From Macrostomum hystrix (lineage: Eukaryota > Animalia > Platyhelminthes): a DNA stretch of 64,000 bases. Position numbers and translations under genes: made by a program. Where the stretch lies: positions 4,712,001-4,776,000 of the forward strand of contig CATNEN010000029.1 of NCBI GenBank assembly GCA_950097015.1, read 5' to 3'. The notes below the pieces were generated by a model. That model did no database searches. It was not told where the DNA came from and saw nothing but the letters and a program-made list of their open reading frames with translations. This document shows positions 32,501 through 43,472 of the stretch, piece after piece; position 1 is the first letter of the stretch; every line of letters starts with the position of its first letter.

Positions 32501-32586
32501 TCAAAATGGACAGACTAAAACTTACAGGTAGCTAGCAACGGCAGCAGCAGCAGCAGCAGCAGCAGCAGCGGCATTGGCTTCTCCAT
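17406..32586 (-). CDS. Putative type I membrane protein with a Cys-rich Ig-like domain, ~500 aa
   Basis: complement join(32526..32586,[28024..28044 optional micro-exon],26099..26629,24169..24291,22145..22258,17406..18067); all junctions phase 1. Signal peptide MEKPMPLLLLLLLLLPLLAT; Ig-like LSCEVSG...AGAWYCKF; TM YVIGVLTVLGVSLAVNIGFCI followed by RHYIELRRRK; ~220-aa low-complexity tail. The 26099 donor (GTTTCC) is weak. Confidence 0.72.
18126..18575. repeat. Minisatellite, 24-nt unit (GAATGAGCGGAGGATGAAGCTTCT)
   Basis: About 18 copies with two variant types. Confidence 0.93.
19612..20470. repeat. Minisatellite, 16-17-nt unit (GGGATAGATCGAGGAT)
   Basis: Degenerate tandem copies. Confidence 0.9.
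21622..21975. repeat. Minisatellite, ~34-nt unit (GAGTCAGGATTTTCGGAGAATCTGTATTATTGGT)
   Basis: About 10 copies with no spacers. Confidence 0.92.
22805..24015. repeat. Minisatellite, 20-nt unit (TGATCTAGTAACCGATTTGT and variants)
   Basis: About 60 copies with a gradient of variants. Confidence 0.93.
24420..24530 (+). mobile_element. SINE family A, 5' fragment
   Basis: GAGCGTCGGAATCGCGACTTGAAGTACGGGGGTTCGATTCCCGATTCCACTGGAACAATCTGTGTCCTTTAGCAA. Confidence 0.7.
25508..26098. repeat. Minisatellite, 21-nt unit (GAGTTCCATACGGAAACCACC) in the intron 3' of the Ig exon
   Basis: Tandem copies abut the exon donor at 26099. Confidence 0.92.
26700..27070. repeat. Minisatellite, same 21-nt family, in the intron 5' of the Ig exon
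   Basis: GAGTTCCATACGGAAACCATCC copies. Confidence 0.92.
28100..28995. repeat. Minisatellite, 23-nt unit (TACCTGTCCCTTTACTGACTCTA)
   Basis: About 38 copies. Confidence 0.93.
29868..30223 (-). mobile_element. SINE family B, full length (tRNA-like head, (ATT)n tail)
   Basis: Minus-strand head AGTGGCAGACTGCTCTAACGCGTTTGCCTCTCGCACCAAGGTCCCTGAGTTCGATTCCGCGG. The body is colinear with 54340..54690, including the identical stretch CTAGACCCGCAGCCAGCGAGGAGGCAATTCTGCCCATTTCGCTGACTCCTGAGCACAC. Confidence 0.8.
30232..31135. repeat. Minisatellite, 14-nt unit (TGGGTAATAACTGA)
   Basis: About 60 copies; residual units also occur at 29825-29865. Confidence 0.93.
31660..31826 (-). mobile_element. SINE family A, partial
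   Basis: CCCATTTAACTGCTGAGTGAACTGAAGCAAT...GTGGAGTCGGGAATCGAACCCCCGACCTTCAAGTCGTGAGTCCGACG; the head is identical to the 15630 copy. Confidence 0.75.
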
Positions 32587-33179
32587 TCAGTGCCTGACCA
32601 TTCCTACTGCGGGTCAGCGGCCATCTTAAAAAATTCGCAGAAATTGATAAGCGAGCTCAAAAATGAAGTTGATAAAGGGAGAGCTGGAAATGTAGAGCTT
32701 TGCTAGTGGCAGTCTATAAAACACTCTCAGTGGTGAGGCATGCAGCCAGCCACAACAGAGCAAAGAAGGCCTGGGGCGGGGTTGGCCATTGCCAGCCATT
32801 TTTTCTCTTCATTTTATTGTCTGGCGAGCCTTGGCTTGAGGGCTGGCTTGGGGTGGGTGCTCTCGGACCACAGCCAACCACAGCGAGCGGTTCTCTTAAT
32901 AAGGGCAGATTCTAGCTCTCTCTTCTCCACTTTATATTCGCTTTTTCATAATTTCTTAATAATATAAGGTTGACAAATGGTCAGTTCAGCAGGTGAAGGC
33001 TAAAACATTTCAAGAAAATATATAATTATTTCTGTGAGTTGATGAAGCCCTATAGGCGTCTGCAATGACAGATGACAGGTTCATTAGCTAAATGCTTATA
33101 ATTTGGTCGATTTCTTTCATAGATTATTATAAGCAGAGATGCCACTGATGTCATTGTGTCATGTAACGCCCTCGCTCTC

Positions 33180-33990
33180 CCAATCTCTCTCCCACTCTCC
33201 CTCTCTATCTCTCTCCCTCTCTCCCTCTGTCCCTCTGTCCCTCACTCCCTCTGTCCTTCACTCCCTCTGTTCCTCTCTCCCTCTGTCCCTCTGTCCCTCA
33301 CTCCCTCACTCCCTCTGTCCCTCTGTCCCTCACTCCCTCACTCCCTCTGTCCCTCTCTCCCTCTGTCCCTCACTCCCTCTGTCCCTCACTCCCTCACTCC
33401 CTCTGTCCCTCTGTCCCTCACTCCCTCTGTCCCTCACTCCCTCACTCCCTCTGTCCCTCTGTCCCTCACTCCCTCACTCCCTCTGTCCCTCTCTCCCTCT
33501 GTCCCTCACTCCCTCACTCCCTCTGTCCCTCTGTCCCTCACTCCCTCTGTCCCTCTGTCCCTCACTCCCTCTGTCCCTCACTCCCTCACTCCCTCTGTCC
33601 CTCTGTCCCTCACTCCCTCTGTCCCTCACTCCCTCACTCCCTCTGTCCCTCTGTCCCTCACTCCCTCACTCCCTCTGTCCCTCTCTCCCTCTGTCCCTCA
33701 CTCCCTCACTCCCTCTGTCCCTGTCCCTCACTCCCTCACTCCCTCTGTCCCTCTGTCCCTCACTCCCTCTGTCCCTCTGTCCCTCTCTCCTTCACTCCCT
33801 GACTTCCTCTCTCCCTTTCTCCTTCACTCCCTGACTTCCTCTCTCCCTCTCTCCTTCACTCCCTGACTTCCTCTCTCCCTCTCTCCCTATATCTCACTCT
33901 CCCTCACTCCCTCTCTCCCTCTGTCTCACTCTCCCTCTCTTCCTTTCTCTCACTCTCCCTTTTCCCACTCTCAAACTCTCTCCCCCTCCG
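33180..33990. repeat. CT-rich 8/16-nt repeat (CTCCCTCTGTCCCTCA)
   Basis: Tandem pyrimidine-rich copies. Confidence 0.9.
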
Positions 33991-34404
33991 TCTCTCTTCA
34001 TTCCGCTTCTACTTTCTTAAAGAATCGAACTAGACTTGGAAACTGGTTGCTCTAGGATATATATTTGGGAATCGAATGCTGATTCACAACTACTTAAAGT
34101 AGTTGAGTTCGCTTTTAAAGGGGTTTTCAGCAGTTTTAAACTAGCGGACGTAAACCAAAGCAAAAAACATGTATGGTACGTGCTGTTGTGAAAGTACTTG
34201 ACGGAAAACTTTTAACTTATCCATGTTGATCCCATTTGCTACTCTAGCGACATAACTTTCGATAGCTAGAGCTGTAAAGCAAGAGGGTTGCACAAACAAA
34301 AAAAACGCCTTTTTATGTAAATTAACAACCATCAAAATATTAGAAAAACGAAATGACATAAATTTCCAGCGGCAGAAGCAGCATCAAAGACGGAGAACAG
34401 AAGA

Positions 34405-35246
34405 CTAGACTTCAAAACTGACTGTCAGTTCTGACACCGTCTGACACTAAACTGACTGCCAGTTCTGACTCTGTCTGACACTAAACTGACTGCCAGTTCT
34501 GACTCCGTCTGACACTAAACTGACTGTCAGTTCTGACTCCGTCTGACACTAAACTGACTGTCAGTTCTGACACCGTCTGACACTAAACTGACTGTCAGTT
34601 CTGACACCGTCTGACACTAAACTGACTGTCAGTTCTGACACCGTCTGACACTAAACTGACTGTCAGTTCTGACACCGTCTGACACTAAACTGACTGTCAG
34701 TTCTGACACCGTCTGACACTAAACTGACTGTCAGTTCTGACACCGTCTGACACTAAACTGACTGTCAGTTCTGACACCGTCTGACACTAAACTGACTGTC
34801 AGTTCTGACACCGTCTGACACTAAACTGACTGTCAGTTCTGACACCGTCTGACACTAAACTGACTGTCAGTTCTGACACCGTCTGACACTAAACTGACTG
34901 TCAGTTCTGACTCCGTCTGACACTAAACTGACTGTCAGTTCTGACTCCGTCTGACACTAAACCGACAGTCAGTTCTGACACCGTCTGACACTAAACTGAC
35001 TGTCAGTTCTGACACCGTCTGAAACTAAACTGACTGTCAGTTCTGACACCGTCTGACACTAAACTGACTGTCAGTTCTGACTCCGTCTGAAACTAAACTG
35101 ACTGTCAGTTCTGACTCCGTCTGACACTAAACTGACTGTCAGTTCTGACTCCGTCTGACGCTAAACTGACTGTCAGTTCTGACACCGTCTGACACTAAAC
35201 CGACAGTCAGTTCTGACACCGTCTGACACTAAACCGACAGTCAGTT
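34405..35246. repeat. Minisatellite, 34-nt unit with an internal hairpin (CTGACACCGTCTGACACTAAACTGACTGTCAGTT)
   Basis: About 24 copies; each contains the inverted repeat AACTGAC-T-GTCAGTT. Confidence 0.93.
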
Positions 35247-38200
35247 CAGAAGCAGTCGGGCAGGAGTGTCTCGCAAACCGGCGCGGTGATGGCCATGGCG
35301 GCCCAGAAGACTGCGGCAAAGGCCATCCAACTCAGCGGGAGGGCCAGTCGGATCAGCTGACAGCAAAGAAGGCAGCACCGGCCGGTCTGGCGATGTCGGC
35401 GTCTTTGCCGTCGGCGATGACGTCGCTGGCTCAGGCGACATCCTGCAGTACCGATCCCTGCGCCGCCGAACAGGTCCAGATGGTCAGATGAGTCCGACAG
35501 TACGATGGCTGCGGCTGCGGCTGAAGGCGAGCGAGGCGCCTTCGAGTAGGCCGAACGGTATGCCATCTGAACCGGATGTCGGAATATCGGGAATCGGTTA
35601 TCGGCAGAATCCAACTCAAGGTGGTTTTGAGACGGATTTGAAGCGGATTTGAGGCGAGATGGAGTTAAGCTTGAGTTGAGACGAATTTGAGGTGGATTTG
35701 AGGCGGATTTGAAGGGGATTTGAGGTGGATTTGAAGGGGATTTGAGGTGGATTTAAAGGGGATTTGAGGCGGATTTGAAGGGGATTTGGGGTGGATTTGA
35801 AGGGGATTTGAGGCGGATTTGAGGCGGATTTGAAGGGGATTTTAGGCGGATTTGAAGGGGATTTGAGGTGGATTTGAAGGGGATTTGAGTCGGATTTGAG
35901 GCGGATTTGAAGGGGATTTTAGGCGGATTTGAAGGGGATTTGAGGTGGATTTGAAGGGGATTTGAGTCGGATTTGAGGCGGATTTGAAGGGGATTTGAGG
36001 CGGATTTGAAGGGGATTTGAAGGGGATTTGAGGCGGATTTGATTCGGATTTGAGGTGAATTGTTAGTATGACTTTTAAGGTGAATTTTTTCTTGAATCGA
36101 TGGGAGTTAAGGTGGACTTTAAAGTTGATGTTGACTTAGATATTTAAGTGCCTTCGGAGCAATGAGGAGTTTTCGGAGTGTACGTCTGAGTTGAATTTTG
36201 TGTTGGATTAAAATTTGAATTTGAAGACGCAGTTTTCAGTTGGAGATGGGATTTCAGATTGCATCAAATTATATTTATTTTGACTTTGGGTGGATTTCGT
36301 AAATCAGAAGAGGGCAATGCTATCTTGACAGAATCGCACCGAGCCTCCATTCCTATTGGCATCGGCGGCGTCCTTGGCGCCACATTTCCCATTGTCGTCA
36401 TCGTCATCGTAATCTTCGTCGTCACCGCCGTTGGCGTCGCCTTCGCGAGCACCGGCGCCACCGTCGCCAGGGCGTTGGCGGCAGCAGAAGCAGCCGGCGC
36501 CGGTGTCCGCGCAGGCGGCTGAGTCGGCCGCGGCAGTGAGCAGGCAGCTGACTGTGACGAGGCAGGCGACCGCGTACCACACGTCAAGGCTTGTCAGGGG
36601 CCGCGGCGGCATCCAGGCCTGATGGATGCAAAAAAGTGCGTTGTGGCAGGTGTGGATTAGGCAATCAGGTGTGCGGATTTGACAAGCAGTTGTGCGGATT
36701 TGACAAGCAGTTGTGAGGATTTGACAAGCAGTTGTGAGGATTTGACAAGCAGTTGTGAGGATTTGACAAGCAGTTGTGAGGATTTGACAAGCAGTTGTGA
36801 GGATTTGACAATCAGGTGTGCAGATTAGACAGTCAGGTGTTTGGATTAGGCAGTCAGGTGCGGGGATTAGGCAGTCAGGTGTGGGGATTAGGCAGTCAGG
36901 TGTGTGGATTAGGCAGTCAGGTGCGGGGATTAGGCAGTCAGGTGTGCAGATTAGGCAGTCTGGTGTGTGGATTAGGCAGTCAGGTGTGCAGATTAGGCAG
37001 TCTGGTGTGTGGATTAGGCAGTCAGGTGTGCAGACTAGGCAGTAAGGTGTGTGGATTAGGCAGTCAGGTGTGTGGATTAGGCAGTCAGGTGCGGGGATTA
37101 GGCAATCAGGTGTGCAGATTAGGCAGTCAGGTGTGTGGATTAGGCAGTCAGGTGTGCAGATTAGGCAGTCTGGTGTGTGGATTAGGCAGTCAGGTGTGCA
37201 GACTAGGCAGTAAGGTGTGTGGATTAGGCAGTCAGGTGTGGGGATTAGGCAGTCAGGTGTGTGGATTAGGCAGTCAGGTGTGTGGATTAGGCAGTCTGGT
37301 GTGTGGATTAGGCAATCAGGTGTGCAGATTAGGCAGTCAGGTGTGTGGATTAGGCAGTCAGGTGTGTGGATTAGGCAGTCAGGTGTGTGGATTAGGCAGT
37401 CAGGTGTGTGGATTAGGCAGTCTGGTGTGTGGATTAGGCAATCAGGTGTGCAGATTAGGCAGTCAGGTGCGGGGATTAGGCAGTCAGGTGTGCAGATTAG
37501 GCAGTCTGGTGTGTGGATTAGGCAGTCAGGTGTGCAGATTAGGCAGTCTGGTGTGTGGATTAGGCAGTCAGGTGTGCAGACTAGGCAGTAAGGTGTGTGG
37601 ATTAGGCAGTCAGGTGTGGGGATTAGGCAGTCAGGTGTGTGGATTAGGCAGTCAGGTGTGTGGATTAGGCAGTCTGGTGTGTGGATTAGGCAATCAGGTG
37701 TGCAGATTAGGCAGTCAGGTGTGTGGATTAGGCAGTCAGGTGTGTGGATTAGGCAGTCAGGTGTGTGGATTAGGCAGTCAGGTGTGTGGATTAGGCAGTC
37801 TGGTGTGTGGATTAGGCAATCAGGTGTGCAGATTAGGCAGTCAGGTGTGTGGATTAGGCAGTCAGGTGTGTGGATTAGGCAGTCAGGTGTGTGGATTAGG
37901 CAGTCTGGTGTGTGGATTAGGCAGTCAGGTGTGCAGATTAGGCAGTCAGGTGTGTGGATTAGGCAGTCAGGTGTGCAGATTAGGCAGTCAGGTGTGTGGA
38001 TTAGGCAGTCAGGTGTGTGGATTAGGCAGTCAGGTGTGTGGATTAGGCAGTCAGGTGTGTGGATTAGGCAGTCAGGTGTGTGGATTAGGCAGTCAGGTGT
38101 GAGGATTGCCAGCCCGAAGTCCAACCTGAACAAGGCAGTGCAGTAGCAGCAAATTTAGCCAGATCCTGGCGTTGGGGCTTCGCCTAAACAGGAACAGTGA

Positions 38201-41200
38201 CGATAGGCTCAGCAGGGTCAGGAGGCCCGACATGGCGCATTGGCGCAACAGCGGAGAGCTCCAAAGGTTGGATCTGACGCACACATGCGCCTGAAGCTTC
38301 AGGCCGACTGCTGAAGCCGCTGAAGGTGGTCAAGGAAATCTGATTTCATTTATTGTTTAAACCTGGAGCAGGTTTTTAAGCAGCCAAATCTAAAGTGATT
38401 CAGGAAGAGAAACATATAATCATTATGTTGTATTGATTGTAATGTTAATTATTTTATTTATTAATTAACCAATATGGGTTCGCCATTGAGGTTCATACAG
38501 AGTAAGGTTAGTTGTCCTTGTCTCCAGAGTCTTTAACAAGAATCGCTGAATATGTCGACGATGCTGACTCGGACGGCTTTGAAAGTCAGTTCATCGTAAA
38601 GGGTGGAAAATTTTGATCCAAATGGTTGACTGACTTATATGACGCAATATTCAATCCTTCAGACCACATAAATTTCCCCATGGATCATATGGCTGAACTC
38701 ACTCTCGCCTATTGTGTCAGCAGACTCAGAGACTCGATAGACCAGAGAGTTGCTGCCATCGCGCAGTCTGGAGCAGTTCAACCGGTGCTTGTCGCTTAGC
38801 GTGGCCCGAACCGACCGACTGTTTCTTGGATGGGCTGTAGATGCGGCTTTTATGAGTTAAATATTTGATTCAAAACAGACAAAAGGAACAAAAGACTCAC
38901 TCTCTTCAAAGGCCAGTGTGCAAAGGTGGTCTCCGAGCGGGTGCTGCGAGCTTTGACCGTTGCACTTTACACTAACCCGGTACCTAATGTGGGGGACATA
39001 GTTTAGACCGTTTCAATTAGAGTTGCGAATGTGTTAAGAAGAGGCGTGAAGCTGCGAGAGTGGGAGTTCTTAAGAGGAGTGAGTTGGCAAACTGCGAGGG
39101 AAGAGGTGTTAAGAGAAGGCGTGAGGCGGCTGTCTGAGAGGAGAGGAGAGGTGTTAAGAGAAGGCGTGAGGCGGCTGTCTGAGAGGAGAGGAGAGGTGTT
39201 AAGAGAAGGCTTGAGGCGGCTGTCTGAGAGGAGAGGAGAGGTGTTAAGAGAAGGCGTGAGGCGGCTGTCTGAGAGGAGAGGAGAGGTGTTAAGAGAAGGC
39301 TTGAGGCGGCTGTCTGAGAGGAGAGGAGAGGTGTTAAGAGAAGGCGTGAGGCGGCTGTCTGAGAGGAGAGGAGAGGTGTTAAGAGAAGGCGTGAGGCGGC
39401 TGTCTGAGAGGAGAGGAGAGGTGTTAAGAGAAGGCGTGAGGCGGCTGTCTGAGAGGAGAGGAGAGGTGTTAAGAGAAGGCGTGAGGCGGCTGTCTGAGAG
39501 GAGAGGAGAGGTGTTAAGAGAAGGCGTGAGGCGGCTGTCTGAGAGGAGAGGAGAGGTGTTAAGAGAAGGCGTGAGGCGGCTGTCTGAGAGGAGAGGAGAG
39601 CTGTTAAGAGAAGGCGTGAGGCGGCTGTCTGAGAGGAGAGGAGAGCTGTTACGAGCTAAGAGAAGGCGTGAGGCGGCTGTCTGAGAGGAGGGGAGAGGTG
39701 TTAAGAGAGGCGTGAGGCGGCTGTCTGAGAGGAGGGGAGAGGTGTTAAGAGAGGCGTGAGGCGGCTGTCTGAGAGGAGAGGAGAGCTGTTACGAGCTAAG
39801 AGAAGGCGTGAGGCGGCTGTCTGAGAGGAGGGGAGAGGTGTTAAGAGAGGCGTGAGGCGGCTGTCTGCGAGGGAGAGGTGAAAAGAGAAAGCGCGAGGAG
39901 GCTGTCTTAGAAGCAGGATGTCGTAAGGTGAATGCCTGTAAGGAAGATTACGTTAACAGAAGGCTTAAAATGGCTTACCAGAGCCGGTACACTACTGCCC
40001 TGTCACCACCAGCTAGCTGCAGGTAAAGCGAGTTCTGATCCTCCTTCATGGTCAGCGCGTTCACAAAGGCAAACTGCGGTGTCCACAGGTTCTGACGATT
40101 CAGCGGCACCAACTGCAGGTCCTCCTGAAGCAGCGCCAAGAAGCGGTGCCGCCAGCGCAGGTCCAGGGTGATAGAGGCGTCGAGGACCTGGTTTTTTGAG
40201 AATCAGCAAATTTTCGATGATCATATTGCCTCAGCTTGAAAAACACCCAGATTTGTACCTGGTTTTCAAACTGCAGCACCTGCCGAATACCAAGCGAGAC
40301 ATTCAACAGGCCGCTGATTGAGTCGCCCCGTGGCGCCATCTCCGGGACGTCCATGTTCATGTACAGCGAGCGAATCTGCTCCTTCACTGACTCCGTGCTT
40401 AGGGCTCTGCGTCATGTTTTTGATTGGACTTTTATTGCGAAGGCAAAGTTAAGTTTCTCATTTTCATCTGGTATTAAAAACATACTGATTGCTACTTTTG
40501 ATATAGGCACTTTTGAATCTGGTTCTAAAATGTTCAGAACCGTGAGAGGCGTGAGGTGGCTGTGTTGAGGGAGGGTCACTGAGAGATAAGGTTTGAGGTG
40601 GCTGTTCTGTAGGAGGGTCGCTAAGTGAGAAGGCGTGAGGTGGCTGTTCTGTAGGAGGGTCGCTAAGTGAGAAGGCGCGAGGTGGCTGTTCTCTAGGAGG
40701 GTCGCTTAGAGAGATGGCGTGAGGTGTTAAATATGCGGAGCAGTAATTCTACGAGCTATTTTTAGAATCTTCCACTCTATTTCTGGAAAACAGCTTAAAT
40801 GCTAGTCAATCTTAACCAAATCACGTGACTCAACCGCCGCCAATAGAATGAAGAATACTAAATGAATTAATGATGAAAGTCTGAGCGTGCACTATAGTGA
40901 ATGTGATAGAATGCTGACTCTGCTAGCCCCATAGTCTTGTTTCTGACCATCGTTGCCGTATGACGAAAGCAAATGTTTCATTTTTTCTAAGCATGTACCT
41001 CGTAAAAAGCCCGGAAATAGACAGCGTGCTTCGAATTAATAAGACAGACATAATTGAAATCATAACGGGTTGAGTCTGTTACAGACTAGAAGCAATTGCT
41101 ACATTAATAGGGCTGGCCATTTAATTGCACATTGAAACATGCTGGCGCAGGTCCAAAAACCGACTCAGATTCCAGACACTGCTAACTAAATTCATGAGAA

Positions 41201-43472
41201 TATGAGTACATTCATTACATATGCATCTGAGACTTTCCATAATTTATTGTCCAACTTTCTATTGACCAGGGGACCGCGAGAGAAATGAGAAAATAAGAGT
41301 TATCAAAAAATCAAACGTTTTGATTATACTATGGAATAGTAGATCGGCTGCTAGGATGGAAGTGGAGTAAACGCCGGTTAAGTGTCTGCGGGGTCGCGAA
41401 ATTGGGACAGTATATAGTTTTTTTTTACTTTTTTTTGACGACCAGAGAAAATTGCCGAGAGGTCATCAATCTCAGTCACTCACCAATGGCCCAAACTGCC
41501 TGCACTGATCATGTGCAAAGAAAATCAGTTGTGACCTCGCCGGCCCCACTTGTGTGGCACAATAAATACCAAGAAAGGCCAGGAGGGCTAACAGCCGCCC
41601 TGACAGCGACTGAAATTGCCAGAATACGGCATACAGCTGTAGGAGAGAAAAAAAGCCAAATGGACTTAGACTACTTGTCCAACAGTGTTGGGGTCGGAAG
41701 TGTAGTCGTATAGTTGTTTACTAATGTCAGCTTTGCCTCCAGGAAGTGAAATACTCCCTTTTCTGATTTTCTGATTGAATTTTCCTTTAGATCCCACCTT
41801 CTCTCGTTCTCAGATCCCACTTACTCTTAATCTCACCTCCCACTTTCTCTTATTTTCACATCCCACTTTCTCTTATTCTCACATCCCACTTTCTCTTAAT
41901 CTCACATCCCACTTTCTCTTATTCTCCCATCCCACTTTCTATTATTCTCAAATTCCATGCACTTTCTATTATTCTCACATCCCACTTTCTAATATTCTCA
42001 CATCCCACTTTCTATTATTCTCAAATTCCATGCACTTTCTATTATTCTCACATCCCACTTTCTAATATTCTCACATCCTACTTTCTATTATTCTCACATC
42101 CCACTTTCTCTTATTCTCACATCCCACTTTCTATTATTCTCAGATCCCACTTTCTTCCATTCTCTGGTCCCAATTTCTCCCCCTCTCAGTTCCCCTTGTT
42201 AATGGCAGGTCAGAGAGGTAAATATCTAAGTAAAAGCGGGCTCAGTAACACTATCACTTGATCGTGTTGGCCTTATATAGGCAGGCGGATAAGAAACTCG
42301 AAGCAAAAATGGGAGCCTGAACCACACCAGATGTTCATTCGCAGTAGCACCTGGGTGACCCCCAGTCGACCCGGCAAACTGAGCGGCCTGACACAGAAAA
42401 AAGCCTCCCAAGAAGCCGCTAAGTCTTGCCGACATCCGTCAGCACCGGATTCGCCACCAACCCCAACAGGAGCTGTCCATCACGATTGAAGCCGCTCACA
42501 CTCAACCTCCACCTGTAAATTGACCCGGGTGCTGATTTGCTTTTTATCCCTGTAAGGCCATTAGCCAGAGTATCACTGTCTACATATGGCTATAGCTACA
42601 TAGTGCTATTTTTATATCAACAGCATTTATAACAGATTCGTTGGCGGTTTCATGTGTCAGTCACTTTTACATTTGCGTTGTTGCAGCATATGGAAAAGCA
42701 AAAATAATTAATTGAAGATGATCATCGTACCTTCATTTCCCTGTCTAAATCTGATAACTCATTTTTATGAGAGATACCAGCTGCAATTCATGCTACGATT
42801 CCGGAACAGCCTCCTGCTACGATTCCATAACTGCCTCCTGCTACGATTCCAGAACTGCCTCCTGCTACGATTCCAGAACTGCCTCCTGCTACGATTTCAG
42901 AACTGCCTCCTGCTACGATTCCAGAACCGCCTCCTGCTACGATTCCAGAACTGCCTCCTGCTACGATTCCGGATCAGCCTCCTGCTACGATTCCAGAACT
43001 GCCTCCTGCTACGATTCCAGAACTGCCTCCTGCTACAATTCCGGATCACCCTCCTGCTACGATTCCAGAACTGCCTCCTGCTACGATTCCGGATCAGCCT
43101 CCAGCTACGATTCCGGAACTGCCTCCTGCTACGATTCCAGAACAACATCCTGTTACGATTCCAGAACAACATCCTGCTACGTTTCCAGAACTGCCTCCTC
43201 CTACGATTCCGGATCAGCCTCCAGCTACGATTCCGGAACTGCCTCCTGCTACGATTCCAGAACTGCCTCCTGCTACGATTCCAGAACTGCCTCCTGCTAC
43301 CAATATGTTGGCAGCTTCTGTCTACGACTGAGAAACAGTTTTAAGAATCGAAAATAAAAAGCGAAGAAGATTAGGCAGAAAAAAGTTACCTGGCAAAATC
43401 AGACTGAGCGACAGCAGCGCTTTGTGGAAACTGGGCATGCAGCAGCAGCAGCAGCAGCAGCAGCAGCGGCAT
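35246..43472 (-). CDS. Highly divergent pentameric ligand-gated ion channel (Cys-loop) subunit, 8 exons, ~482 aa
   Basis: complement join(43390..43472,40259..40406,39979..40187,38901..38983,38703..38834,38126..38319,36340..36618,35246..35566), 1449 nt, phases 2,0,2,1,1,0,0 all matching GT-AG sites. Motifs: signal peptide MPL9HAQ; LRWRHRFL; LWTPQFAFVN; 15-residue Cys-loop CNGQSSQHPLGDHLC; M1 SGLLTLLSLSSLFL; PNAR-M2; MPP...LDVWYAVACL (M3); acidic/basic loop; LIRLALPLSWMAFAAVFW (M4). Confidence 0.85.
35622..36060. repeat. 11-12-nt repeat (GGATTTGAGGC / GGATTTGAAGGG)
   Basis: Tandem copies in the last intron of the orphan channel gene. Confidence 0.9.
36660..38102. repeat. Two adjacent 21-nt minisatellites (GGATTTGACAAGCAGTTGTGA, then GGATTAGGCAGTCAGGTGTGT)
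   Basis: Fill almost the whole 1.5-kb intron 36619..38125. Confidence 0.94.
38505..38625 (+). repeat. Unclassified dispersed repeat (homolog at ~52930..53025, minus strand)
   Basis: GTTAGTTGTCCTTGTCTCCAGAGTCTT..AAGAATCGCTGAATATGTCGACGATGCTGAC versus the reverse complement GTTAGTTGTCCTTGTCACCGGGGTCTT..AATAATCGCTGAATATCTCGACTATGCTGAC. Confidence 0.65.
39085..39880. repeat. Minisatellite, 45-nt unit (GAGAGGAGAGGAGAGGTGTTAAGAGAAGGCGTGAGGCGGCTGTCT)
   Basis: About 17 copies. Confidence 0.93.
40540..40730. repeat. ~42-nt repeat related to the 39085 array
   Basis: Shares the core GAGAAGGCGTGAGG.GGCTGT. Confidence 0.75.
41790..42155. repeat. Minisatellite, ~23-nt unit (TTATTCTCACATCCCACTTTCTC)
   Basis: Degenerate tandem copies. 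Confidence 0.87.
42790..43300. repeat. Minisatellite, 24-nt unit (CTGCTACGATTCCAGAACTGCCTC)
   Basis: About 21 copies, ending ~90 nt from the exon 1 donor. Confidence 0.93.

Noticed and set aside
34405-35246. CRISPR-like palindromic ~34-nt repeats (also the 35-nt, 32-nt and 47-nt arrays)
   Set aside because: Units are head to tail with no unique spacers, there are no cas genes, and the context is a spliced eukaryotic genome.
36304-38146. 609-aa and 428-aa ORFs with Cys/His heptad repeats (TPDCLIH / GLGSQVC)
   Set aside because: They are translations of a 21-nt intronic minisatellite. Only the 36340..36618 part is coding, and it has its own acceptor.
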